Positions 52,334 to 62,094 of a stretch of DNA of 64,000 nt are shown here, in pieces. This DNA is from Octopus vulgaris (taxonomy: Eukaryota). Every line of letters starts with the position of its first letter. Within the stretch, counting starts at the first letter, position 1. The notes beneath the pieces were generated by a model that ran no database searches, was not told the DNA's origin, and saw nothing but the letters and a program-made list of their open reading frames with translations. Made by a program: the position numbers and the translations under genes. The stretch covers positions 2,728,001 through 2,792,000 of the forward strand of contig OX597837.1 in assembly GCA_951406725.2 (NCBI GenBank), in the 5' to 3' direction.

Positions 52334-52510
52334 TGCGATCCTTCGGTATAGGTACCGGAAGTGGCTTTGTTTACATTTCTGAAGGTAACAGAAACCCTTT
52401 TCTCCCACCCCTAACCCTAAACCAAACACAAACCCTAACCCTCCATATATATATAAAAAAAAAAGAACACTTTCTTGAAATGTATCCGGTACCTATACCG
52501 AAGTTACGCC
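52334..52510. mobile_element. Telomere-motif MITE (same family)
   Basis: TIR cttcggtataggtaccgga / tccggtacctataccgaag; 9-bp TSD ttctttttt; the empty site is visible in the paralogous intron at about 58420. Confidence 0.85.
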
Positions 52511-52734
52511 TTCTTTTTTGTTAATGTTTTTTTCCTTGTTCATGATGTCGCTGTTTGATCTGTTAAAAAAAAAACCTCGTACCATCGATGAAAAACTTTA
52601 GGGGTGATAACAGAGTTGTTAATTATAGCGGATTGGGGATAAAACAGCTGCAATGAGTCACTGGGGTAGAAGTTATGTGGTCATTCAACTTTCTTGGAAT
52701 AGGAGCCAAATTTCTTTCAAATTCCACTTACATT

Positions 52735-53035
52735 GGTCGTATGTTTGTTCCTTCTCGAGCCAAACCTGGCTCATAAGGGCAGGTTTCCCAGTTTCCTTGG
52801 CGTATAGGTTCCCCACCTGGACGGGACGCCGGTCCGTCGCAGGTGGGCTGCAAGATGCAGGTGGAAAGAGTAAGGAAAAATTGTGGCGAAAGAGTCAGCA
52901 GAAGTTCGCCATTACCTTCTGCCGGTGCCGCGTGGAGCTTAGGTGTTTCGCTCATAAACACACACATCACCCGGTCTGAGATTCGAACCCTCAACCGTGA
53001 GTCCGCTGCTCTAACCACTTGGCCATGTGCCTCCA
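52735..53035 (-). mobile_element. tRNA-derived SINE (fourth family)
   Basis: - strand head ggccaagtggttagagc...ggttcgaatc with A and B boxes; a related copy may lie at about 2895-3230. Confidence 0.7.
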
Positions 53036-53575
53036 CTCACTTACATTGGTTGGGCTTACATTGCAGGTGGCAAGTAAAGAAACGCCGTTTCGACCCTGTG
53101 CTTGAGGAGATCCATTGAGTCAAGTACACCAACATCAAAAATCAATGGAAACTGCAGTTGTGATCCCTGTGCTGGTGGCACATAAAAAGTACCATCCAAA
53201 CATGGCCGATGCCAGCGCTGCCTAGACTGGCTTCCATGCTGGTGGCACATAAAAAAGCACCAATCCGATCATGGCCGTTGCCAGCCTCACCTGGCACCTG
53301 TGCTGGTGGCATGTTAAAAGCACCCACTACACTCACGGAGTGCTTGGCGTTAGGAAGGGCATCAAGCTGTAGAAACACTGCTTGATCTGACTGGAGCCTG
53401 GTGCACCCTTCTGGCTTCCCAGATCCCCAGTCGAACCGTCCAACCCATGCTAGCATGGAGAACGGACGTTAAACGATGATGATGATGGTGAGAGGCACCT
53501 GAAGGTATGATGACTGAAGACACTAATCCAGATATAATGTATACTAATTATTGTTTATTGTAATATATTTAGTAT

Positions 53576-53797
53576 TAGAGCAGTTGTATACTGTCAACTT
53601 AACATGACAGTCCTGTAAAGGGAATCACACACACCACCGCTATTTAGCCCTAGGAAGCATCGACGCTTCCTCTCGGCTTTGACACATTTCCTATGTCCTT
53701 ATATTTGCGAAGGGGGGACAAGCACCCCCACTAGCTAGTGTGGTGTGATTCCCTTTACGGGACTGTCACGTGAAGTTGACAGTATACAACCGCTCTA
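53576..53797. repeat. Fold-back insertion with ~55-bp inverted arms
   Basis: tagagcagttgtatactgtcaactt...gggaatcacac / gtgtgattccc...aagttgacagtatacaaccgctcta. Confidence 0.85.
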
Positions 53798-54352
53798 TCG
53801 CTCCACCATCACTCATTTCTCTATGAGATATTTAGAAATTTGATATTTCTGATATTTAATATTACACAATCTGAAAGTGTAGATGTAGACTGTAAATATG
53901 TAAACCTCACACAGCTTCCATGTAATTTTAATAAATTGAAATGTGATTTGTTGGGATGGAGTTTATTGTAGTAAAATTTCTCTGTTGAATCTTTGTTTTT
54001 TAATTATCTTCAATATCTTACAGTATTTCTCCATCATTTCAGAACATCAAAGGCACTGGCATTAAAGATATACCATCAATATCTGTCAGGCAAAAGGAAG
54101 TAATTTTACAGAAGAATTGGAACTGCATTTCTATAAAATGTATCATTAAATTACTGTGAAATATTTCCTCTGAGAAATTTCTGTCTTTCATCGTCTGGAG
54201 GATTTACAAGATGGTTTCGTGTTTTCAATTAAGTTTGGACAAATTTACAAAGGAGTTCACTACTGCAATATAAATGGTTGGATCATCACGGAAATATATA
54301 AACTGCTGTAAAAACATTCACATTGTTTTCTAAGAACAAAATTTACAGAAGA

Positions 54353-55993
54353 ATGGATTTTCCTGAAGAATTACCAGAGGATGTAGGAAAATCATCATAC
54401 CCCTGCGATATCTGTGAACAGACATTCTCTCTAGAAGAGAGCCTTGCTATTCATAAACAGGTTCACACAGGAGAGAAACCATACACCTGTGATATCTGTG
54501 GTAAATCATTTTCCCTAATACGTACTTTAACTATTCACAAGCATATTCATACTGGAGAAAAACCATATAAATGTGAAAACTGTGGTAAATCTTTTGCATT
54601 TAGAAGATACTTAACCAAACACATACGTGTTCACACAGGGGAAAAGCCATATCACTGTGATATCTGTGGTAAATCCTTCCCTGAAAGTGATGCCCTAACT
54701 AGCCACATTCGAATTCACACAGGTGAGAAGCCATACCAGTGTAATATTTGTGGAAAATCTTTCTCTGAAAGATGTAATTTAACTACACACAAATACACTC
54801 ATACAGGAGAGAAATCATATCACTGTGATATCTGTGGTAAATCATTCTTTCAGAAAGTCCACTTAAACAGTCACATGTATGTTCATACTGGGGAGAAGCC
54901 TTATCAATGTGATATCTGTTTGAAATCATTTGCTGATGGAAATAGATTAAATAGACACAAACACATTCACGCAGGAGAGAAACCATATCAGTGCGACGTC
55001 TGCAGTAAATCCTTTAGAGAAGAGGCTCATTTATCGATACACAAGAGACGTATTCATACAAACGAGAAACCATATCACTGTGAAACCTGTGGTAAATCAT
55101 TTATAAATTCAAGTTTATTAACTATTCATAAACGTATTCATACAGGTGAAAAACCGTATCAGTGTGATATCTGTGGTAAATCGTTCATTGAGAGAAGTGC
55201 ATTGACTGTTCACAAACGTATTCATACTGGAGAGAGGCCATACCACTGTGATATCTGTGGTAAAACATTCATAAGGGGAAATAAATTAAATGTTCACAAG
55301 CGTATTCATTCAGGGGAAAAACTCCATCACTGTGATATCTGTGGTCAGTCGTTTTCTCAAAGAGCTCATTTGACTGTCCACATTCGTACCCATACAGGTG
55401 AGAAACCATATGACTGCGATATCTGTGGTAAATCATTCTCACAAACAGGCCATTTAAAAATTCACAGACGTATTCATACAGGAGAGAAACCCTACCAGTG
55501 TGATATCTGTGGTAAATCTTTCTTCCAAAACAGCGATGTAACTAAGCACAAACGTTTACATGCAAAAGAAAAACCTTATCACTGCGATATCTGTGGTAAT
55601 TCGTTCAGCAGTGGAAGAGGACTAACTGTACACGAGCGTATTCATACAGGGGAAAAACCATATCGGTGTGATATCTGCGGTAAAGCATTCACTGACGGAA
55701 GTACATTAACTAAACACAAACGTATTCATACAGGGGAGAGACCATATCGGTGTGATATCTGTGGTAAAGCATTCACTGATACTAGTAAATTAACTAAACA
55801 CAAACGTACTCATACAGGGGAAAAACCATATCACTGTGATATCTGTGGTAAATCATACTCAGACAGAAGTACATTAACCAAGCACATACGTATTCACACA
55901 GGGGAAAGACCATATCACTGTGATATCTGTGGTAAATCGTTCATTGATGGACGTACTTTAAATAAACACAAATGTATTCATACAGGGGTATAA
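54353..55993 (+). CDS. C2H2 zinc-finger protein ZNF-B (546 aa; 19 fingers)
   Basis: The ORF track starts at a TTG (54323). The first ATG, homologous to the paralogs (MDFPEEL...), is at 54353. 19 tandem C2H2 fingers. Confidence 0.95.
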   Translation: MDFPEELPEDVGKSSYPCDICEQTFSLEESLAIHKQVHTGEKPYTCDICGKSFSLIRTLTIHKHIHTGEKPYKCENCGKSFAFRRYLTKHIRVHTGEKPYHCDICGKSFPESDALTSHIRIHTGEKPYQCNICGKSFSERCNLTTHKYTHTGEKSYHCDICGKSFFQKVHLNSHMYVHTGEKPYQCDICLKSFADGNRLNRHKHIHAGEKPYQCDVCSKSFREEAHLSIHKRRIHTNEKPYHCETCGKSFINSSLLTIHKRIHTGEKPYQCDICGKSFIERSALTVHKRIHTGERPYHCDICGKTFIRGNKLNVHKRIHSGEKLHHCDICGQSFSQRAHLTVHIRTHTGEKPYDCDICGKSFSQTGHLKIHRRIHTGEKPYQCDICGKSFFQNSDVTKHKRLHAKEKPYHCDICGNSFSSGRGLTVHERIHTGEKPYRCDICGKAFTDGSTLTKHKRIHTGERPYRCDICGKAFTDTSKLTKHKRTHTGEKPYHCDICGKSYSDRSTLTKHIRIHTGERPYHCDICGKSFIDGRTLNKHKCIHTGV

Positions 55994-56103
55994 ACTACAT
56001 CCCTGTGATTCTTTTGGTGTATCTTTCCTTTATGCGAGTGCATTAACAATTCATAAATGTATTTATTCAGGTGAAAAACTGTTTTACCTTGATACTTCTG
56101 ATA
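55994..56103 (+). pseudogene. Dead zinc finger 3' of ZNF-B
   Basis: tttatgcgagtgcattaacaattcataaatgtatttattcaggtgaaaaactg is homologous to ZNF-A finger 17 ([19 protein letters not shown]) but out of frame. Confidence 0.75.
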
Positions 56104-57162
56104 ACGTAATTATTGCATTTCTTTAAAGTTTTTGGATCTTTTCGGCTTGTGGGCAGTAAAGAAATAAGAAACGTTAGCATGCTGGGTGAGATGCGTAGCC
56201 GTATTTCGTCTGCCGTTACATTCTGAGTTCAAATTCCGCCGAGGTCGACTTTGCCTTTCATCCTTTCGGGGTTGATTAATTAAGTACCAGTTACGCACTG
56301 GAGTCGATGTAATCGACTTAATCCGTTTGTCTGTCCTTGTTTGTCCCCTCTGTGTTTAGCCCCTTGTGGGTAGTACAGAAATAAATAATTATGTGTATTG
56401 TATTGTATTGGCTACAGATTGATTTGGTGTTATGAAAATAAACTGTTTTTTAGAATGATTGTGTTGTCCATTTTTCTTTGCTCATTTCATTGCATCTGAT
56501 AAAGCTTGACATTAACATATTTTGGTTATTCTTTACTTTGCAAATCTGATTCATTCTGGGTTTTACCCATTCAATAAAAATATTCTTATTTCAACATAAA
56601 GACAGCTAACACAGATAAGTGCAGGGCAGCTTTTAATGCAGAACATGTCTGACCAGAAGTATTCCAATTGTTTTGATGCATTGTATTCTAACATAAATAT
56701 CATTCAAATTAGATTCCATTTGCCATACTGGCACGTGAAAAAACATTCAAGTGAGGTTATGGTTAGGGTTGGGGGGAAGGGTATCTTTTTTTTCTTCACA
56801 AATGTAAATAAACCCAATCTGTTTCTTAAACGAGGGACATATTCATACGGCACAAAATGTTTTCATTTCAATAGACGTCATTGATTAGTTGAAATTACAG
56901 AAATTGAAGAAAAAACAACAACAAATATCTTACAAACCATAGAATTTTCTCAATAAAGCCAAGAGAAAAAGATGTTTTATAAACACATTCTACCAGTATA
57001 CGAAGTTTAAAAGTGTTTAGTTACAAAGAAATTATTTTAAAAAACTGCCGTTCAAACCGAAAAGATCCAAGTTTGTTTGTTTTTTTCTTTCTAAGAACAT
57101 ATTTGCTCTAGAAACAACTTATGCCCCTTTATCAGACCAAGACGTCTCCAAGGAGACGTTGC

Positions 57163-57383
57163 CACTGAGCTTGTAATATGTGACATCGAAAGTGCGGCTG
57201 AAGACATAAAGCCAGCTTCGTTCGTTCATCGTGACAAGTTCTGATTTCGACATCGGATCTCTTTGGATGTTGGTCCGAGACGAAGTTGATAAAACATTGG
57301 TAAACCTCATTTTAACAGTCAGATGCTTTGGTTGTTTGGTGAAAATCTACAACCCATTGATTCGCTGTTTACGTCTGAAAATG
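57163..57383 (+). promoter_or_regulatory. Conserved promoter / non-coding first exon of ZNF-C
   Basis: cactgagcttgtaatatgtgacatcgaaagtgcggctgaagac...gaaaatg|gtaagt; acceptor catttcag| at 60251. Confidence 0.65.
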
Positions 57384-58240
57384 GTAAGTTGATGGATGTT
57401 TGTTTTAATGCTGTAATAAAGTATGTAATTATGAATTAATTGTTTCACTTTTGAGGAAACGGTAATTATATTGAAGTGGAAACGTGTAACAAGGAAAAAA
57501 GATATGTCCTGCGGGTATTTCCGTGGGTTGTGGAGTATAGATATACCGAAATTATGCCAGCAATGTCTCATTTTTAAGTTGAAGGAAAAAAATCCTTTCA
57601 TATTTGTTCTAACCTGTTTCATGTGTGTATGTAAAATCCGCAAATTTCCAAGCAGGAAACAGAATCGAACTGTCATTTGCTTCCACGGAAATACTCCAAG
57701 TAAAATGTTTTGATTTTGTCGAGTTATATCGAAAGAATGCCGTCATTATATAGACATAAAAACTTATAGCAACATTCGCAAAAGAAATACACACACACAC
57801 ATTAAATGAATATTAATATATATATATATATATTTGTTGTGCAAGATTTTTTATGTGAAGTCGTGTGTTGAAACAGATATTGTTATGTTTCGGAATGGTC
57901 ATTAATGTAAAAAATAAATAACACCAAATATATAGTGCGTGTGTTTTTATTGGCTAAACTGGCAAAATGACCATTCCGAAATATAATAATATATATATAA
58001 AAATGAGTGATTTTCATTTAATTCAGAAAGAAAATTGCTGGCATAAGAGAGGAACGAATCCCAGATGCTGTGTGCGTGTATGTATATTTGGTGTATAGTA
58101 TTGTCTGAAAAAAGTTCGAAGGTTATTCAAAATAGAGTTGCCACATCGAACATGGAAATGTTGAAGATTGAAACTTGCATTCAAAGTTTGATGAAGTTAC
58201 GAACAACAATAATAAAAGCATCTGGAAAGATATTTTTAGG

Positions 58241-58400
58241 ATATCAGTGAGAACAATTTACCACAGATATCGCAGTGATACAGCCTCTGTCGTTTATGGC
58301 TGTATTTATAAGTAGTATGGTTACAATCTATAGAGAATATTTAGAACAGATAACTGTATGATGTTGTTTCTCGGCTGTGTAAATGCATTTATTAGTAACG
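58241..58400 (-). pseudogene. Antisense zinc-finger relic in the ZNF-C intron
   Basis: The - strand reads ..KCIYTAEKQHHTVICSK.. and ..[18 protein letters not shown] more decayed homolog lies at about 51770-51798 plus 52170-52300. Confidence 0.75.
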
Positions 58401-58639
58401 AGATTAACTTTTCAGACTGTTTTCTTTTTTGTTAATGTTTTTCTCTTCGTCCATAATTTCGCTTTTTGTTGTATTACAAAATTCGTAGCATCGATGAAAG
58501 CTTTACGTTGATTATAGGGTTGCTAAGTTATGGTTGATTTGGTAACAAAACAGCAACATTGAGCCACTGGCATGAAAACTGGTCACTCAAACTTCTTGAA
58601 ATAGGAGCCAAATTCTTTACAAAATCCACTTACATTAGT

Positions 58640-59023
58640 TGGCAGGGTTTTGGGGTTGGACACACCAGATGTCCCCCCGACAAGTCATCCTAACGAGACG
58701 TCTGCGTTGGCTGGGTCATGCCCTCCGTCGTCAACCAGGAGAATTCATCTACGAAGTAATTGCCCCAGCTCCCCTTCAGGGTTGGCGAAAGCGATGTGGT
58801 GGACAACGAAAAACATGGCTGATGACAGTCAAGGCTGATCTGGAACCCAACCTAGGCCCCCATATCTACGGCGTTCGCCGCTGGGGTAAGTTGTGGTTGG
58901 AGATCACGCGGTCGTTAGCCCCAAATCGCCAGGCCTGGTCGGCGTTTGTGAGAGATGCAGCATTGAGGATGAATGAAGCCAGCTCAACCCAACCCGGGTG
59001 AACGCTGTCTCAAGTCAAGTCAA
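58640..59023 (+). mobile_element. RTE-like LINE 3' end
   Basis: RRLRWLGHALRR...WRKRCGGQRKTW...DL...LA.NR.AW...V; (CAAGT)n tail. Confidence 0.85.
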
Positions 59024-59274
59024 GATACACCAGATGGTCTATTCCTCGATATACAATGGCAATATCGTGATAGAATGTGTTTGATCATATGTTTGTTTAA
59101 TAAGGAATGATCAGGGATTAGATAACAGTGACAACACGTTTCTAGAGAGAGAAAAAAATGTCCACTCTTCTGTCAGTTTTGGTACGATGACTATAAGTAT
59201 AGACTATCAACTATTAAGTGTAATAGTTTATGTTGTATGAGTAAGTGCAATCCCCAAGTAAATAATAATAACTA

Positions 59275-59781
59275 CTGTAAATCCTCGAGTATATTTCGCA
59301 TTTTCCCCCAAAAAATTTAAAGGTCAAAATTCCTAGTACGTACTATATACGAGGTTAAAAATGAAAAATATTTTCTAAACAATGTTCGAGTCTCTATTTG
59401 CTGCCCAGCAATGTTTATTCAGACGCATTTTGTGATGTCAGGCACGAAAATACCTTAAGGTAAATCATAAAAGAATCATCCATAACATGCAGTAAGCAAC
59501 ATTTATTAAAATAAAAGTATTCAGAACACAGAATAACATGTAACAAAAACAATTTGCAATCTTATTTACATTCCCATATAACAGTTAAAAACATCACCAT
59601 TATTGTATTACGCATGCGCGGAAGAGTTTGTTCGACTAGGTGCTGCTGGCTTAATTACACATGACTCAAGTTAGAGAAGGGGTGCGTATTATACACAAGA
59701 TTTAGGTTTTTCAGAGATACAGTCCCCTAAAAATCCCCAGCGTATTATACTCAAGGACAGACTGTACTCGAGGATTTACGG
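59275..59781. mobile_element. Non-autonomous pogo/Tc1-mariner element
   Basis: TA|ctgtaaatcctcgagta ... tactcgaggatttacgg|TA. Confidence 0.8.
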
Positions 59782-60597
59782 TATATATAATCTGATTGGA
59801 TTGTAATATACTAGTGCATCGCAAGTTGTAGAATAACTAATAAGGAAAATGTCCTGATATGGAGAATGGAATGTAAACTATGTACTCTTGTGTATTTAAT
59901 AAAGGATTCAGTTTCAAATTCTGAGAAGGTATGATGACCGAAGACACTAGTCCAGATATAATGTATACCCATTATTGTTCATTGGCAGTGCCCCGGCATG
60001 GCCACAGCTCGTGAGCTGAAACTAGATGAAATAAAATAAAAAATATTGTAATATATTTGATATTACACAATCTGAAAGTGTAGATATGGAGTGAAAATAT
60101 GTAAACTTTACACAACTTCCATGTAATTTTAATAAATTCAGATGTAAATTTGTTGGGGGTGAAGTTTATCACAGTTGAATTGTAGTAAAATGGCACTGTT
60201 GAATCATTTTAATTATCTTCAATATCTTACAATATTTCTCTGTCATTTCAGAATATCAGAGACATTGGTATTAAAGGTATATCAATATTTATCATCGTTT
60301 ACAGACAAAAGGAAGCAGTTATGCAGAATAATTACAACTCTCTCTATAAAGTTACCATTGAATTACTGTTAAATATTCCATCCGAGTGAGACATTTCTCT
60401 CTTCCATTGTCTGAAGTATATGCAAAGTGCTTTTGTGTTTCCATTGAATTTGGACAAATTTACAAAAGGACCTCACTACTGCACTATAAACTTTTCGATC
60501 TACAAGGGAATGATGATGATGATGATGACGAAGGGAATGTATAAAAAGAAGTAAAAAAATATCCATAGTGTCTTCAAAAAATTAAATTTACTGATAA

Positions 60598-62094
60598 ATG
60601 GATTTTCCCAAAGAATTACCTGAAGATGTCGGAAAATCATCATACCCCTGCGATATCTGTGAACAGACATTCTCTCTAGAAGAGAGCCTTGCTATTCATA
60701 AACAGGTTCACACAGGAGAGAAACCATACACCTGTGATATCTGTGGTAAATCATTTTCCCTAATACGTACTTTAACTATTCACAAGCACATTCATACTGG
60801 AGAAAAACCATATAAATGTGAAAACTGTGGTAAATCTTTTGCGTTTAGAAGATACTTAACCAAACACATACGTGTTCACACAGGGGAAAAGCCATATCAC
60901 TGTGATATCTGTGGTAAATCCTTCCCTGAAAGTGATGCCCTAACTAGCCACATTCGAATTCACACAGGTGAGAAGCCATACCAGTGTAATATTTGTGGAA
61001 AATCTTTCTCTGAAAGATGTAATTTAACTACACACAAATACACTCATACAGGAGAGAAATCATATCACTGTGATATCTGTGGTAAATCATTCTTTCAGAA
61101 AGTCCACTTAAACAGTCACATGTATGTTCATACTGGGGAGAAGCCTTATCAATGTGATATCTGTTTGAAATCATTTGCTGATGGAAATAGATTAAATAGA
61201 CACAAACACATTCACGCAGGAGAGAAACCATATCAGTGCGACATCTGCAGTAAATCCTTTAGAGAAGAGGCTCATTTATCGATACACAAGAGACGCATTC
61301 ATACAAACGAGAAACCATATCACTGCGAAACCTGTGGTAAATCATTCATTAATCCAAGTTTATTAACTGTTCATAAACGTATTCATACAGGTGAAAAACC
61401 GTATCAGTGTGATATCTGTGGTAAATCTTTCAATGAGTGTAGTAAATTGACTATTCACAAACGTATTCACTCGGGGGAAAAACTTTATCAATGTGATATC
61501 TGTGGTAAATCGTTCACTGAGGGAAGGAAATTAATTATTCACAAATGTATTCATTCTGGGGAAAAACTACATCACTGTAATATCTGTGGTAAAGCGTTCT
61601 CTCAAAGACCTCATTTAACTGTTCATGTTCGTACCCATACAGGTGAGAAACCGTATGACTGCGATGTCTGTGGTAAATCCTTCTCACAGACAGGCCATTT
61701 AAAAATTCACAGACGTATTCATACAGGAGAGAAACCCTATCAGTGTGATATCTGTGGTAAATCTTTCTTCCAAAACAGCGATGTAACTAAGCACAAACGT
61801 TTACATGCAAAAGAAAAACCTTATCACTGCGATATCTGTGGTAATTCGTTCAGCAGCGGAAGAGGACTAACTGTTCACAAACGAACTCATACAGTGGAAA
61901 AACCATATCGGTGTGATATCTGTGGTAAATCATACACAGACAGCAGTAAATTAACTATTCACAAACGTACTCACACAGGGGAAAGACCATATCGCTGTGA
62001 TATCTGTGCTAAATCATTCATTGATGGAAGTACACTAACTAAACACAAACGTATTCATACAAAGGAAAAAGCCACATCACTGGGATGCTTTTGA
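60598..62094 (+). CDS. C2H2 zinc-finger protein ZNF-C (498 aa; 17 fingers)
   Basis: 17 tandem C2H2 fingers; fingers 1-8 and 13-15 are almost identical to ZNF-B. Confidence 0.95.
   Translation: MDFPKELPEDVGKSSYPCDICEQTFSLEESLAIHKQVHTGEKPYTCDICGKSFSLIRTLTIHKHIHTGEKPYKCENCGKSFAFRRYLTKHIRVHTGEKPYHCDICGKSFPESDALTSHIRIHTGEKPYQCNICGKSFSERCNLTTHKYTHTGEKSYHCDICGKSFFQKVHLNSHMYVHTGEKPYQCDICLKSFADGNRLNRHKHIHAGEKPYQCDICSKSFREEAHLSIHKRRIHTNEKPYHCETCGKSFINPSLLTVHKRIHTGEKPYQCDICGKSFNECSKLTIHKRIHSGEKLYQCDICGKSFTEGRKLIIHKCIHSGEKLHHCNICGKAFSQRPHLTVHVRTHTGEKPYDCDVCGKSFSQTGHLKIHRRIHTGEKPYQCDICGKSFFQNSDVTKHKRLHAKEKPYHCDICGNSFSSGRGLTVHKRTHTVEKPYRCDICGKSYTDSSKLTIHKRTHTGERPYRCDICAKSFIDGSTLTKHKRIHTKEKATSLGCF

Noticed and set aside
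51870-52445. (CCCTAA)n runs as interstitial telomere or fusion site
   Set aside because: Short, imperfect and always internal to TIR-bounded MITEs.
52975-53035. tRNA genes at Pol III A/B-box motifs
   Set aside because: They are SINE heads with no complete cloverleaf.
54323-54352. N-terminal extension MFSKNKIYRR of ZNF-B
   Set aside because: Starts at a TTG and is not conserved in the paralogs, which have in-frame stops upstream of the ATG.
57142-57159. 8-bp hairpin acgtctcc-aa-ggagacgt at the ZNF-C promoter
   Set aside because: Short, and the pairing is not preserved in the paralogous ZNF-B position.
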